Below, one piece after another: positions 7,610 through 18,489 of a stretch of 64,000 nucleotides of DNA. Where the stretch lies: positions 15,789-79,788 of the forward strand of contig JAEDDP010000003.1 of NCBI GenBank assembly GCA_016297965.1, written 5' to 3'. The translations under genes and the position numbers were made by a program. How positions within the stretch are numbered: position 1 is the first letter of the stretch; every line of letters starts with the position of its first letter. Source of the stretch: Alphaproteobacteria bacterium. Lineage in GTDB: Bacteria > Pseudomonadota > Alphaproteobacteria > Rs-D84 > CACZYB01. The notes beneath the pieces are model-generated. The model saw nothing but the letters and a program-made list of their open reading frames with translations. It was not told the origin of the DNA and searched no databases.

Positions 7610-10600
7610 AATTTCCTTTTTCTTCCTTAACAAATAAACAGGATTTATTTTTGATGTGATGGATGTTGTATCAACCTTTCCCGTCAAGTTATTCACAAAA
7701 CCCTTTAAATCATAACTGAACACTAAGTTATCCGGTGCAAGGTTTGATATATCAAAAATACTTTCTATATTAAGACTTTTTTGAATAAGGTTTCCCGACA
7801 ACATACCACTTATATTCATATTTGGAAGGGAAAGATTGAATGCGGAATCCTTTACATCCGCAGATGAAATTTCACCGTCCACAGAAAGTTTTGGAAATTC
7901 CATACTTCCACTTTTAAGGGAATTTTCAAGTGTATATATAACGTTGTTTGTCGTTATATTGGCAAGCTTTAATATATTCGCAAGTATTGTTGAATAATCA
8001 CTTATACCGGAAATTTTTCCATTTAATATATCAATGGAATAATTACCTGACAAATTTGATAAAAGCTGGTATGCATTCATTCCGTTTGTTTTAAACTTTA
8101 TATCCGCATTCAATGTGCCGGATACAAGGTTCAAAAGTTCGTTATTCATTATATCATTTGGAATTTGATAATTTGAGATTTTAACTGTTCCATCAAACAT
8201 ATTTGAATTTAAAACTTCGGAATTCAAATCAATTTCATAATTGTGTTTTTTAAGTTTAAATTTAAAACTTCCTGGATTGGTGGAATTTTTCAAATCAAAT
8301 ATTACATCCTTGTAATTATTGCCGTTATATTCAGAAATATTTTTTGCATTAAGGTATATGTTGTACGGAATATCACGAATGATTTTAAGAAGGAAATCAA
8401 CATATCCATCGGTGTCCTTTATCCTTTTTATAACATCCTTTATATTGAAATTTTGCGTGTTAAGGGCAACAGAAGTTTCAAAACCACTTCGGTCCTTTTT
8501 TCGTAAAATTTCGCCGGTAAATACATTATTTTTGATACGGAATTCCATATCCTTTATATTATACCCCTCTACCCTCGCCTTTAATGAAAATGGGATATTG
8601 TCGTAAAAATAATTTATCAAATTATCACTTATAAAGCCCCAAGAGAACAAAAATCCCTTTAATTCATTATGCGATAGTTCAATTGTGTACGAAGCGTCGG
8701 TGTCAAGCAATTTACCGTTAACCTTTATTTTTATATCGTTTAATTTCGCATCAACCTGAGATATTGGATTTGACGCACTTCCGTTTAAAAGTATGTCAAT
8801 TCGGTTTACACCATTGGCAATCATTGTTTCAATAAATTGATTTTTTATGAATGGTATTGATATACCCTTTAACGTAGAAGATGAAATGTTATAGGAAAAG
8901 TTTTTAAATTCCCCAGCGGAACTTAAAATATTAAACAACTCCCCTTTCATCGCACTTTGGTATCCCTGATGATTAAAGGTTAGATTTTTAAGGTTAAGGC
9001 TTCCGTCCAAATATGAAGTATTAAGTTTGAAATTGTCATAGTTTGAATTATTCATCCGCAACTTTTTTATCATAACATTCAAACTAAAACTGCTTGACCG
9101 GATAAGGGAAAGTTTTGAAATTATAAATGAAAGATCAATGTTTTCCTTTATCAACTTATCCAAATTAACAGAATCAGATTTGATATTTAGGACATAATCC
9201 GTTTTTCCGTTTTCGGTTTTGGATGTAAAATATCCGGAAATAAGGTTGCCCCCAACCTCGGCCGTCATATTCAAAATATTTATAAAGCTTTTTGACATAG
9301 TTATGTCGGCATTAAGTCGGTTAAACTGTAAATATGGAGTGAAAATATTTTTTATGTCCCGTGAAAGGTTGCTTGCAACACGAACATCAATTGTCAAATC
9401 ATCGTTTAGGACATTTAGGATTTTACCACTTATTTTAATTGGCTTTTTATTTATGGAATAGCCCAAATCAGAAATATTTATTCCATTGAATACGTCCCCG
9501 TAAAATATAGGCGAGGTATTTAGGCGGAAATCCGTAATCATACTTTTTGTTGCAACAATATTTTTTGCGGTAATGTTAAAGTTTGCATATTGGAACAATG
9601 ACAATAATTTTTGTGATTTAAGTAATACATTTACCGGATTATAGGCATCATTTGCCTTTATATCAATAAACTTTGCAACAGGGAAAGTTGAGAAATCAAT
9701 GGAAAAATTAACACCCGAACGGTCAATACCATTTTTGCCATCAGGTTGCATTGCAAATGGAATAACACCTTTAAACTTTCCAACGACTTCGGAACCTTCT
9801 ATACTTCCATTGTTTAACAATATTGAGTTAGGAGAATTTTGAATATTAAATTTCAACTTTACCGAATCATTGAAAAATTGGGTATTTGGAAGTTCAACCG
9901 ATTTTATAAACTTTTTTGTGAATTTCAAAAGGCTGTCCGTTGTTATGCCAACATTTCCGGAAATTGTTTTTTCGCCCTCCTTTACAATTATGGTAAAGTC
10001 ATTATCAAGTTTGCTTTTTCCGGTAATGTAGTTAAAGTTTGTAACCGCATTAAAATTGTCGCTGTCAATATAGGAAAATAAGAATGAAAGGTTATCAACT
10101 TCCCCATCTTCAAAATAAAAGGAACCATTACCCTTTACCTTTGAACCTTCAACGGTTTTAAAACGAACGTTAATGTTTGTGATAAACGAGTCCGCCAATA
10201 CGACACGACCATTTTTTATTGTTACCTCCTTAAAAATCTTTCCATTCAATAAGGTATCAAGGTTTTCGTATTGTGAATTTTTGTATACATTTTCATAAAA
10301 GGTTGCATCCATAACGGCAATTTTGTTAATTACGAAATTGTCACTGAAAAAATTAAGAAATCCGGTATTGATGAATATCTTTGATGCGTTAATAAAAGCA
10401 CCGGGACTTTTTTCATCCATAGAACTTATTTCAACATTTCGTAAAATAACGGATGGGCGAGGAAGAATAGCAAATGAGATATCCCCTTTAATTGATGCAC
10501 GAAAACCAAATGTGCTTTGGATTTTATTTTCAATATAGGATTTTTGATTATTCAAATTTATAAAGTTTGGTAAAACATATAATGCAAAAAAGAATGCAAA

Positions 10601-10642
10601 TACTGACAATATCAACTTATAGTGTTTTTTCAATGAATCCAT
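7601..10642 (-). CDS. AsmA-family large envelope protein (~1013 aa from the ATG at 10642).
   Basis: N-terminal TM anchor, then FGFRASIKGDISFAILPRPSVILRNVEISS, typical of the AsmA N-terminal region. Long beta-rich body. GAGGGG RBS before the ATG at 10642; the track's longer start at 10690 is less likely. Confidence 0.55.
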   Translation of the reverse strand: MDSLKKHYKLILSVFAFFFALYVLPNFINLNNQKSYIENKIQSTFGFRASIKGDISFAILPRPSVILRNVEISSMDEKSPGAFINASKIFINTGFLNFFSDNFVINKIAVMDATFYENVYKNSQYENLDTLLNGKIFKEVTIKNGRVVLADSFITNINVRFKTVEGSKVKGNGSFYFEDGEVDNLSFLFSYIDSDNFNAVTNFNYITGKSKLDNDFTIIVKEGEKTISGNVGITTDSLLKFTKKFIKSVELPNTQFFNDSVKLKFNIQNSPNSILLNNGSIEGSEVVGKFKGVIPFAMQPDGKNGIDRSGVNFSIDFSTFPVAKFIDIKANDAYNPVNVLLKSQKLLSLFQYANFNITAKNIVATKSMITDFRLNTSPIFYGDVFNGINISDLGYSINKKPIKISGKILNVLNDDLTIDVRVASNLSRDIKNIFTPYLQFNRLNADITMSKSFINILNMTAEVGGNLISGYFTSKTENGKTDYVLNIKSDSVNLDKLIKENIDLSFIISKLSLIRSSSFSLNVMIKKLRMNNSNYDNFKLNTSYLDGSLNLKNLTFNHQGYQSAMKGELFNILSSAGEFKNFSYNISSSTLKGISIPFIKNQFIETMIANGVNRIDILLNGSASNPISQVDAKLNDIKIKVNGKLLDTDASYTIELSHNELKGFLFSWGFISDNLINYFYDNIPFSLKARVEGYNIKDMEFRIKNNVFTGEILRKKDRSGFETSVALNTQNFNIKDVIKRIKDTDGYVDFLLKIIRDIPYNIYLNAKNISEYNGNNYKDVIFDLKNSTNPGSFKFKLKKHNYEIDLNSEVLNSNMFDGTVKISNYQIPNDIMNNELLNLVSGTLNADIKFKTNGMNAYQLLSNLSGNYSIDILNGKISGISDYSTILANILKLANITTNNVIYTLENSLKSGSMEFPKLSVDGEISSADVKDSAFNLSLPNMNISGMLSGNLIQKSLNIESIFDISNLAPDNLVFSYDLKGFVNNLTGKVDTTSITSKINPVYLLRKKKEILQ

Positions 10643-10764
10643 TTTTCCCCTCTTAAAATGCCAAAGTAAGGTATTTATTTCCTTTGACAATCCCCTGTTA
10701 TGTTCTATATTATATTTATACTTTTATTAAGACAAGAAAAAAATATATTAAAGAGATTTTTAAA

Positions 10765-12813
10765 ATGGGTAAAAATCCTATTCTTTCATCGTTGTATAAC
10801 AAGCTTCCGGCGGGAACTCCGGCTGGGTTTCAAATGGTATCACAATTTACCCCAAGTGGCGACCAGCCATCGGCAATAAAGGAGCTTGTAAAGGGAATAA
10901 ACGAAGGTAAAAAGGATCAGGTATTACTTGGTATTACCGGTTCGGGTAAAACATTTACAATGGCAAATGTTATTCAACAATGTCAACGTCCAACCCTTAT
11001 AATGGCACCTAACAAAATTTTGGCGGCACAACTTTATCAGGAAATGTTGGAATTGTTTCCGAATAACCACGTTGAATACTTTGTTTCATACTATGACTAT
11101 TATCAACCGGAAGCATATATTCCAAAAACCGACACCTATATTGAAAAGGACAGTGCAATAAACGAACAAATTGACCGACTTCGTCATTCGGCGACAAGAT
11201 CCCTTTTGGAATATCGTGATGTTATTATTGTGGCTTCGGTATCGTGTATTTATGGTTTGGGTTCACCGGAGGCATACTCCTCTATGAGTTTGACATTAGA
11301 GGAAGGTCAGACAATACCACTTGATGAAGTACTTAAAACACTTACCTCTATGCAATATGAACGAAACGATATTGCACTTGACCGTGGAACATTCCGACTT
11401 CGCGGGGATACATTGGAAGTTTTTCCAGTCCATTTGGAGGATAAGGCGTGGCGGTATTCTTTTTTTGGGGATGAAATTGAAACGATTGCCGAATTTGATA
11501 CCCTTACTGGGAAAAGGATGCTTTCACTTCGGTCAACAACAATATATCCGTCAAGCCATTATGTAACACCGGGACCTGCCCTTTCAAATGCAATTGTTGG
11601 AATAAAGGAAGAACTTCGCGAACGGTTGGAATATTTTACAAAAAATCACCAACTTCTTGAAGAACAGAGGTTAAGGGAAAAGACCAATTTTGATATAGAG
11701 ATGTTGGAAACCACCGGATATTGTAAAAGCATTGAAAATTATTCAAGGTATTTGACCGGAAGACCGGCCGGCGCGCCACCACCAACTTTGTTTGAATACC
11801 TTCCGGATGATGCGTTAGTGTTTATTGATGAATCGCACGTTTCCGTTCCTCAAATTGGTGGTATGTATAATGGGGACCGTGCAAGAAAGACTACACTTGC
11901 CCAATATGGGTTCCGTCTTCCATCGTGTCTTGACAACCGACCATTAAAGTTTGCCGAATGGAATGAATTTAGGGGGCAAACGATATATATTTCCGCAACG
12001 CCGGGTGATTGGGAGCTTGAACAAACAGGTGGAAAATTTACGGAACAGCTTATCCGACCAACAGGACTTTTGGATCCAGAAATTGAGGTTCGTCCATTGG
12101 AAAATCAGGTGGATGACCTTATGCATGAATGCCGAAAGGTTGCCGCATCCGGCGGACGGGTACTTTGTACGACACTGACAAAGAAAATGGCGGAACAGCT
12201 TACCGATTATTTATCCGAATATGGAATAAAGGTTCGCTATCTTCATTCAGATATTGACACATTAGAACGTGTGGAAATTATTCGCGATTTGCGTATGGGA
12301 AAATTTGATGTGTTGGTTGGAATAAACCTTCTTCGTGAAGGATTGGATATTCCGGAATGTAAGCTTGTTGCCATACTTGATGCGGACAAGGAAGGTTTCC
12401 TTCGTTCGGAACGTTCGCTTATCCAAACAATTGGACGTGCCGCCCGAAATGCCGAAGGTCGGGTAATACTTTATGCCGATAAAATAACCGGTTCAATGAA
12501 GTATGCAATTGATGAAACAAACAGACGTAGGGCAAAACAAATTGCATATAATACGGCACACAATATAACACCAACAACCGTATCAAAAAAGATTGCGTCA
12601 AATATTGCAGATATGGATTATGTTGATATACAGGAAAATCCAACCGCAAACAGGAAAAAGTTCAAATTTAAATCTCCGGATGATATTCAAAAGATCATCA
12701 AAAAGAAGGAAAAGGAGATGTTGGAACTTGCAAACAACCTTGAATTTGAAAAGGCAACAGAGATACGTGATGAAATTAAGGAGCTTAAAAAACTTTCTCT
12801 TGAATTAGAGTAA
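10765..12813 (+). CDS. uvrB: Excinuclease ABC subunit B.
   Basis: Strong UvrB homology throughout ([14 protein letters not shown] Walker A, helicase motifs, C-terminal UVR domain [17 protein letters not shown]). The true start is the ATG at 10765 (MGKNPILSS...); the track's 10684 start is an upstream extension. Confidence 0.9.
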   Translation: MGKNPILSSLYNKLPAGTPAGFQMVSQFTPSGDQPSAIKELVKGINEGKKDQVLLGITGSGKTFTMANVIQQCQRPTLIMAPNKILAAQLYQEMLELFPNNHVEYFVSYYDYYQPEAYIPKTDTYIEKDSAINEQIDRLRHSATRSLLEYRDVIIVASVSCIYGLGSPEAYSSMSLTLEEGQTIPLDEVLKTLTSMQYERNDIALDRGTFRLRGDTLEVFPVHLEDKAWRYSFFGDEIETIAEFDTLTGKRMLSLRSTTIYPSSHYVTPGPALSNAIVGIKEELRERLEYFTKNHQLLEEQRLREKTNFDIEMLETTGYCKSIENYSRYLTGRPAGAPPPTLFEYLPDDALVFIDESHVSVPQIGGMYNGDRARKTTLAQYGFRLPSCLDNRPLKFAEWNEFRGQTIYISATPGDWELEQTGGKFTEQLIRPTGLLDPEIEVRPLENQVDDLMHECRKVAASGGRVLCTTLTKKMAEQLTDYLSEYGIKVRYLHSDIDTLERVEIIRDLRMGKFDVLVGINLLREGLDIPECKLVAILDADKEGFLRSERSLIQTIGRAARNAEGRVILYADKITGSMKYAIDETNRRRAKQIAYNTAHNITPTTVSKKIASNIADMDYVDIQENPTANRKKFKFKSPDDIQKIIKKKEKEMLELANNLEFEKATEIRDEIKELKKLSLELE

Positions 12814-12860
12814 TTTTAAATGTATTATATGATTGTTGAAGGATAAAGGAGGAAAATACC

Positions 12861-13424
12861 ATGAGAAAAATATTATATGTTATAATTACACTTGCCGTTG
12901 TTATGCTTGGGGTATTTTTTGTTAAGGAAAATAAAAAAAATGTGTCTTTGCATACAACAAACCGCAAGGTGGATTTAAAACAATTTGAATATGTAAATAA
13001 AGATGATAATACGAATGGTATCGTAAGAATTTACAAAAATGGTAAATGGGGTGTTGCAGATAAGGATGGAAACCTTATCGCAGATGTAAACTATGATACT
13101 GTTGACAATTTTTATGAAGGTCGTGCAATAGTTTCGGAAAATGGAAAGTATGGCTTTATTGACCTTGATTCAAACATAATTGTTAAACCAAAATATATGT
13201 TTGCATATCCTTTTGTGAATGGTTATGCCGTTATCCAGGATGAAAATGAAAAATATGGAGCTATTGATAAACAAGGCAATGTTGTAATTGAACCACTTTA
13301 TTATGATTATATTTCTTCATTTGATATAAATGGTTATGCAAAGGCGATGAATTTTGCCGATGGTAAAAATGTAGCGATTGATATAAATGGCGAAATAATC
13401 AAAGATTTCAATGCAAAAAAATAA
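12861..13424 (+). CDS. Secreted WG-containing-repeat (KWG) protein.
   Basis: Signal/TM N-terminus. Repeats KWGVADKDGNLI / KYGFIDLDSNII / KYGAIDKQGNVVIEP / GYAKAMNF are typical of the WG_beta_rep family. AAGGAGG RBS. Confidence 0.55.
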   Translation: MRKILYVIITLAVVMLGVFFVKENKKNVSLHTTNRKVDLKQFEYVNKDDNTNGIVRIYKNGKWGVADKDGNLIADVNYDTVDNFYEGRAIVSENGKYGFIDLDSNIIVKPKYMFAYPFVNGYAVIQDENEKYGAIDKQGNVVIEPLYYDYISSFDINGYAKAMNFADGKNVAIDINGEIIKDFNAKK

Positions 13425-13444
13425 ACTGTTTTATGTTATGAATT

Positions 13445-13472
13445 AGGGGCTTTTCAAAAGCCCCTTTCTTTT
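13445..13472 (+). terminator. Rho-independent terminator (aggggcttt-tca-aaagcccct + T-run).
   Basis: Perfect 9-bp stem followed by ttctttt. Confidence 0.6.
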
Positions 13473-13530
13473 ATCCTTGGAAATAATAAAAAATTGTGTT
13501 ATAATTCCATCTGTTAAAAAAGAGTTTGTT

Positions 13531-13917
13531 ATGTTGAAATATTATAAGACATTATTGTTTGGTTTGGGTGTTTGTGGATGTATGGCCTTTCCAACACACG
13601 GTGATATAAACGAAGCGCACGTATTTCATTGGGAAAATGATTATGTTGTTATGGCAAAGTTTATTGAAGATCACAAGTCGTGTCTTGGGGTTCGTGGGGT
13701 GCAAACAAAAACCCAGATGTCAAATATATTTAACAATATGAAACCAAGCACCGTACCGCAATGGGACGGATTGTGGGCAACATTTGAATCACGAAATTAT
13801 CGTGAAGTTGGTCAACGAATTGCATTTTCTGTACCAAGTGATGGTGCAAATGATAATGTAAACAATTATCAAAAATGTATGCTTGATTTGGGATACCGAC
13901 TTACATACAAACGATAA
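13531..13917 (+). CDS. Small secreted/lipoprotein-like hypothetical protein.
   Basis: Starting at the ATG at 13531 gives MLKYYKTLLFGLGVCGCMAF (signal/lipobox-like). The track's 13477 start is an extension. Confidence 0.4.
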   Translation: MLKYYKTLLFGLGVCGCMAFPTHGDINEAHVFHWENDYVVMAKFIEDHKSCLGVRGVQTKTQMSNIFNNMKPSTVPQWDGLWATFESRNYREVGQRIAFSVPSDGANDNVNNYQKCMLDLGYRLTYKR

Positions 13918-13940
13918 TTTTAAAAAGCTTTTTCTCCTAA

Positions 13941-13972
13941 AAAAAATACCTCTGAAATAGAGGTGTTTTTTT
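13941..13972. terminator. Bidirectional hairpin terminator (acctct-gaaat-agaggt flanked by A-run and T-run) between convergent genes.
   Basis: 6-bp stem at 13948-13953/13959-13964. aaaaaaaa on the 5' side and ttttttt on the 3' side. Confidence 0.5.
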
Positions 13973-14003
13973 ATGGGATATTTATTTAAATTATTAAGGG
14001 ACA

Positions 14004-14996
14004 TTATTTAAAGAAACCAAATTTCCTTTTTTCTTGTTCTTCCAATGCCTTTAATTCCTTATCCGATTCAACCTTTAAATTATATTCCTCAATCACAGAG
14101 AAAAGCTTTGTTGAAAGTTGTGAAATATATGCTTGTGCCTGCTCCTTTGCCTTTGTTCGTTTTTCGGTAAGAAATACCTCATAATCCTTGCAACTGGCAT
14201 TTACGGATGGTGTTTCTTCCTTCCATGCCTCCCCCCACTTTCTTCCGGTGGATTTGCTTAGGTTTTCACAACCATCAATATCTGTATTTTGCTTTGGATC
14301 AATACAATATTTTACGTTTTCATCAAAAATTTTTTTTGTATCCAAGGTTGTGATTTTGTATGACACCTCAGCAAGTTTTGGGGTTTCAGAATCAATCGGT
14401 GATATGGTAAGGTTTGCCATTGCCAAAGCCTCGCTGTGCAATAACTTTGCGGAAAGCTTTTTCGTTGCAACATCCGAAGCGTTATCCTTTAAAAAAGAAT
14501 AATAAGCGATTGAACCCTTTTTTATTTTTTCCGCATTGGTATTTCCGGATGGTGCGGATATTTCAAAGCCATAGTTGTATGAAGAATATAAATTTTTGAC
14601 CTTGTTTGAATAAATGCACCTGAATGGTGGTTGGGACATACCAGAATAAATATCGGACACCATATCATTATAATCATCATAAAGAAGTTCGTTTTGCATA
14701 ACGGCTTCCATTGTTTTATCATTCATACAGGTGTAAAAAATTTGTTTACAGCCGGCTTCATCCTTTTCAACAGTTGAAGTTGTGGATGAAGTAGTTGACG
14801 CCGTTGTTGCAGAAGCAGAAATCATAGACGAGCGAAGCCCAGCCGATGCACGGGCGCTTGTACTTGCGGAACGACGTTTTGCCCCGTCACGGTTAGAGGC
14901 AACCCTTTTATCAGAGCCAATACTTCCACGAACACCAGCAAAACATTCGGTTGAAATCAATATTGATGTAAAAATAACTTTGTAAAAATTTTTCAT
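14004..14996 (-). CDS. Secreted Ser/Thr-rich, Cys-containing hypothetical protein; paralog-like to 36063..37535.
   Basis: The true start is the ATG at 14996 (MKNFYKVIFTSILISTECFAG), with a GGAG RBS. The track's 15083 start would read through the fabI terminator. Confidence 0.5.
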   Translation of the reverse strand: MKNFYKVIFTSILISTECFAGVRGSIGSDKRVASNRDGAKRRSASTSARASAGLRSSMISASATTASTTSSTTSTVEKDEAGCKQIFYTCMNDKTMEAVMQNELLYDDYNDMVSDIYSGMSQPPFRCIYSNKVKNLYSSYNYGFEISAPSGNTNAEKIKKGSIAYYSFLKDNASDVATKKLSAKLLHSEALAMANLTISPIDSETPKLAEVSYKITTLDTKKIFDENVKYCIDPKQNTDIDGCENLSKSTGRKWGEAWKEETPSVNASCKDYEVFLTEKRTKAKEQAQAYISQLSTKLFSVIEEYNLKVESDKELKALEEQEKRKFGFFK

Positions 14997-15050
14997 TCTA
15001 ATTTCTCCATACATTTGTTTATTATACACAAAAAAACAATGTATGACAAT

Positions 15051-15080
15051 AAAAAAAACTCCCACCATTTCGGGCGGGAG
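15051..15080 (-). terminator. Rho-independent terminator of fabI.
   Basis: On the minus strand: ctcccgcc-gaaat-ggtgggag (8 bp including one G.U pair) followed by 8 U. Confidence 0.55.
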
Positions 15081-15105
15081 CAATTTTTATTGAACCAAAA
15101 GGAAA

Positions 15106-15954
15106 TTATGATTCCTTATGTTCAAGTCTGTCGGCATATTCCATAAGCATTTCACCAGATTCCCTTACGTGGGCAAGGTTAATCATACCCTGTGCGTGAT
15201 AACCACAATCACAATGTAAAACTTCACCTGTTACACCACTTGACAATGGGGAAAGAATGTAAAGACCAGTCTTTGACACATCATCCATTGTCATATTTCT
15301 TCCAAGGAATGTGTTGAAGCAGTTCCATTTTTGCATCAATGTAAAGTCATCAATACCAGATGCAGCCAGAGTCTTAATTGGACCAGCAGAAATTGCATTA
15401 ACACGGATACCCTTGTTACCCAAATCGGATGCCAAATATCTTACGGATGCATCAAGAGCAGCCTTTGCCACACCCATAACGTTATAGTTAGGGATATAAT
15501 ATTCACCGCCTAAGTATGTAAGTGTTGCACATGCACCACCTTCATTCATAATCTTTGATGCACGACGGCACAAATCACAGAATGAGTAAACGGAAATATC
15601 CATTGTGTTTTTAAAGTTTTCACGGGTTGTTTTTTCAACAAAAAGACCGGACAATTCTTCTTTGTTTGAGAATGCAACAGCATGCAACAAGAAGTCTATT
15701 TTACCAAACTTTTTTTCAACTTCGGCAAAAAATGCATCAAGTGAAGCGTCATCTTGAACATTTGCAGGCATAATAACAGGAGCATTGATACTTTCACCAA
15801 GTGGGCGAACACGTTTTTCCATAATATCTCCCATATAGTTAAGTGCAACTTCAGCCCCAGCTTCGTGTAAAGCCTTTGCAATACCCCAAGCCATTGAGTG
15901 ATCGTTTGCCACACCGAAAATTATACCTTTTTTGCCTTCCATAATTCCAGACAT
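15106..15954 (-). CDS. fabI: Enoyl-[acyl-carrier-protein] reductase (NADH).
   Basis: GIIFGVANDHSMAWGIAKAL N-terminus, SDR fold, and conserved catalytic Tyr/Lys context typical of FabI. Confidence 0.85.
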   Translation of the reverse strand: MSGIMEGKKGIIFGVANDHSMAWGIAKALHEAGAEVALNYMGDIMEKRVRPLGESINAPVIMPANVQDDASLDAFFAEVEKKFGKIDFLLHAVAFSNKEELSGLFVEKTTRENFKNTMDISVYSFCDLCRRASKIMNEGGACATLTYLGGEYYIPNYNVMGVAKAALDASVRYLASDLGNKGIRVNAISAGPIKTLAASGIDDFTLMQKWNCFNTFLGRNMTMDDVSKTGLYILSPLSSGVTGEVLHCDCGYHAQGMINLAHVRESGEMLMEYADRLEHKES

Positions 15955-16117
15955 TTATAAACCTCCATAGTTTTCATTTTTGTTTATCGTTTATATGGCT
16001 TTTATATTATTATAACTTAGGTCTAAAAGCAAGTCAATTTTCAAACATATAAAAAAAGATATAGAAAGATGTTTATTTTTATGATATAATACTTTTTGAG
16101 GATGAGGAGTTTTTATT

Positions 16118-17614
16118 ATGAATAATGTGGGTAAATTAAGAAAAATCCTGGGGTTGGCGTGTCTTAGCGCCGGTATTTTCATACCTGAAATAGTTAAGGC
16201 CGAAGGGTCGCCGATATATTATGACTCGTTTTATGAGGAGTATTATAAGGCATTTCCGGATGCAAAACCCAAAAAGAAAAAACAGACCATAAAAAGGGCT
16301 CAACCTCAACAAACTCTTCCTCAGCCTGTGTATTACAATGGTTATGACCCATATATGCAAATGCAAACAAATGCGATGTATACACAAAATATTTCGCCTG
16401 TTGCATCCGCATATCAAAGTCAAGGTGTTGAACATAACACAAAGAATTGGTATGTGGATATAAGGATGAAAAAGGGTTATGGAAACTTTATGTTTGACAC
16501 CACGGCGGACTCTATTTTGACATGGGACGAAGTGGATACAAAGGAAACAGTATTTAAAGTTTCGCGCGATTTTATGATAAAAAATCGTCAATATGTGTTT
16601 ACGGCAACCTATGGCACCGGAAGTGGTACAACGACAAGGACATCGGATGACGACATTTTCAACTCGCTTCACCTTATAACGCTTGGTGATGGTACGGTTG
16701 ATTTGAAAAACTGGTCGGTTGGATTTGGTATGCGAAATGCATGGAAGCTTGGAAATTGGGATGTAACCCCATATATCGGATACAAGAAAAAAGAACAAAA
16801 TTTTGAAATGGCAAACCACGTGACACCGGCTCCGTTCTATCTTGAAAAATTCTGTAATGATGTTGGTGATATTACTGTGAATGGTGTAACATATTACAAT
16901 GTATGTACCGGTGGTATAAATATTACAAGTCAGGGGCTTGATGCATCAAGTTTGTATTATGCCGATGCGGATGGTAATGAGATTACAAATATGGGACCTG
17001 TTACAAATACAACCATTCCTGGATATGTGACATTAAGTGAGGGCAGTGTGTATGTGAACCTTGCCTATGGTGATGCAATTCCAGATGAAGATTATTGTTT
17101 CCACCAAGAAGGACAAAATCCAGAGGTATTTACTTGTCTTAAATCCGGAACCGCGGGGGCAAACCTTGTAAGTGTGTTTGGTGGTGTTTCATCGCTTGAA
17201 GAACAGGCAGGAACAACACATATGTATTATGTTGATTGGGCCGGACCATATATTGGTATAAACCTTGAACGAAAGATTTCAAGCCGTGAAGACTTATCAA
17301 TTTACGGTGAATATTTCAAACCTCATTATAAGGTTTGGGCGAACTGGCCGAACAGAACCGATTTGGCGCATGATCCATCATTTATTGATGAAGGTGGAAG
17401 TGCGTACGGGTTGTTATTTACCCTTGATTACAGGTACAGTATTCGTTCAAATATCCAACTTGTTATGGGAATGGAATATGAATACATTGAAACAAAGGGT
17501 GCCGACAGTACACTTTTTGAAAGTGATGGATATTCATCAACCGAAAGTGGATTTGTTAAGGTTGCAAGATGGAAAAGCTATGGCTTTAATGTTGGACTTG
17601 CCTTTAAATTATAG
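16118..17614 (+). CDS. Putative outer-membrane protein (signal peptide, Pro/Gln-rich N-terminal region, beta-rich C-terminal domain).
   Basis: Signal peptide LACLSAGIFIPEIVKAEG. Alternating hydrophobic pattern at the C-terminus (GFNVGLAFKL). Confidence 0.45.
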   Translation: MNNVGKLRKILGLACLSAGIFIPEIVKAEGSPIYYDSFYEEYYKAFPDAKPKKKKQTIKRAQPQQTLPQPVYYNGYDPYMQMQTNAMYTQNISPVASAYQSQGVEHNTKNWYVDIRMKKGYGNFMFDTTADSILTWDEVDTKETVFKVSRDFMIKNRQYVFTATYGTGSGTTTRTSDDDIFNSLHLITLGDGTVDLKNWSVGFGMRNAWKLGNWDVTPYIGYKKKEQNFEMANHVTPAPFYLEKFCNDVGDITVNGVTYYNVCTGGINITSQGLDASSLYYADADGNEITNMGPVTNTTIPGYVTLSEGSVYVNLAYGDAIPDEDYCFHQEGQNPEVFTCLKSGTAGANLVSVFGGVSSLEEQAGTTHMYYVDWAGPYIGINLERKISSREDLSIYGEYFKPHYKVWANWPNRTDLAHDPSFIDEGGSAYGLLFTLDYRYSIRSNIQLVMGMEYEYIETKGADSTLFESDGYSSTESGFVKVARWKSYGFNVGLAFKL

Positions 17615-17628
17615 GGATAAAAATAGTT

Positions 17629-18489
17629 ATGTATAACATTTGGAAAAAAATATTTTTGATTGGTATATTGGGGACCGTTTCTGCTCCGGTTTTGGCACAG
17701 GAATATGACAACTATTATGTTGAATATATGTATGAAAACTATGTCGGAAAAAGACGTGCAAGACCAGTTGAATTTGACATTATGGAACAAAATCTTCAAA
17801 CCAATAAGGGAATTAACCTTCCAACAGTTGATGATAACTATTTGAATGCAAAAAACTATGATGACAAGTTTTATATTCAACTTAACCTTGGGCTTAACAA
17901 ATTTGAAAAATACAATGCAAGCTTTGAGGAGGCTCCGAATAACAAAGCCGACCTTAAATCCGATAAAAATGAAATGAGCTATGGCGGGGCAATTGGTTGG
18001 GCGTTTGACCGGTGGAATGTTGAATTAGAAGCGCAAAAGGTTGATTTTGATAAAATTGAAACCGATGATATAAACAAAACAACACTTATTGAATACAATC
18101 AAAAAATTAAAACCCTTTCCGGTGGTGTGAATTTTACATATAACCTTTTAAGTGCAAGGGAAAATAAGATTGTTCCATTTTTGGGTATGGGACTTGGTTA
18201 TTCACAATTTAAGATTGCCGATTTCGGTTATGTTTGGGCAAAGGATGGCGTTCCAGTTGAGGCAGGCACAGAAGGTGCGGAAAAGACCGCATTTGAAAGC
18301 GGATTTGAAAAGAAGGGAACTCCGTATGCAAAGGCACAGGCTGGATTTAGCATAATGGCAAGTGAGGATTTAAGTATATTGATGTCGTTGGAATATCGTT
18401 TGTATAAGGATATAAAGACAGACAATAACTTAAAGCTTGAAAATATGAAGTCGTGGACCGGAAATGTCGGATTACGCTTTAATTTCTAA
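17629..18489 (+). CDS. Putative outer-membrane beta-barrel protein (OmpA/OmpW-like barrel).
   Basis: Signal peptide ending VLAQEY, and a C-terminal ...GNVGLRFNF with terminal Phe typical of OMP barrels. Confidence 0.5.
   Translation: MYNIWKKIFLIGILGTVSAPVLAQEYDNYYVEYMYENYVGKRRARPVEFDIMEQNLQTNKGINLPTVDDNYLNAKNYDDKFYIQLNLGLNKFEKYNASFEEAPNNKADLKSDKNEMSYGGAIGWAFDRWNVELEAQKVDFDKIETDDINKTTLIEYNQKIKTLSGGVNFTYNLLSARENKIVPFLGMGLGYSQFKIADFGYVWAKDGVPVEAGTEGAEKTAFESGFEKKGTPYAKAQAGFSIMASEDLSILMSLEYRLYKDIKTDNNLKLENMKSWTGNVGLRFNF

Noticed and set aside
10684-10764. 27-codon N-terminal extension of uvrB in the ORF track
   Set aside because: Homology to UvrB starts at the ATG at 10765 (MGKNPILSS...). The extension overlaps the divergent AsmA-family gene start.
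14997-15083. N-terminal extension of the 14004 ORF up to 15083
   Set aside because: It would be translated through the fabI rho-independent terminator hairpin. A signal peptide plus GGAG RBS begins at the ATG at 14996.
16136-16819. 227-aa minus-strand ORF
   Set aside because: Lies entirely antisense within the signal-peptide-bearing OMP gene 16118..17614. The Cys/Arg/His-rich composition is typical of an AT-rich antisense frame.
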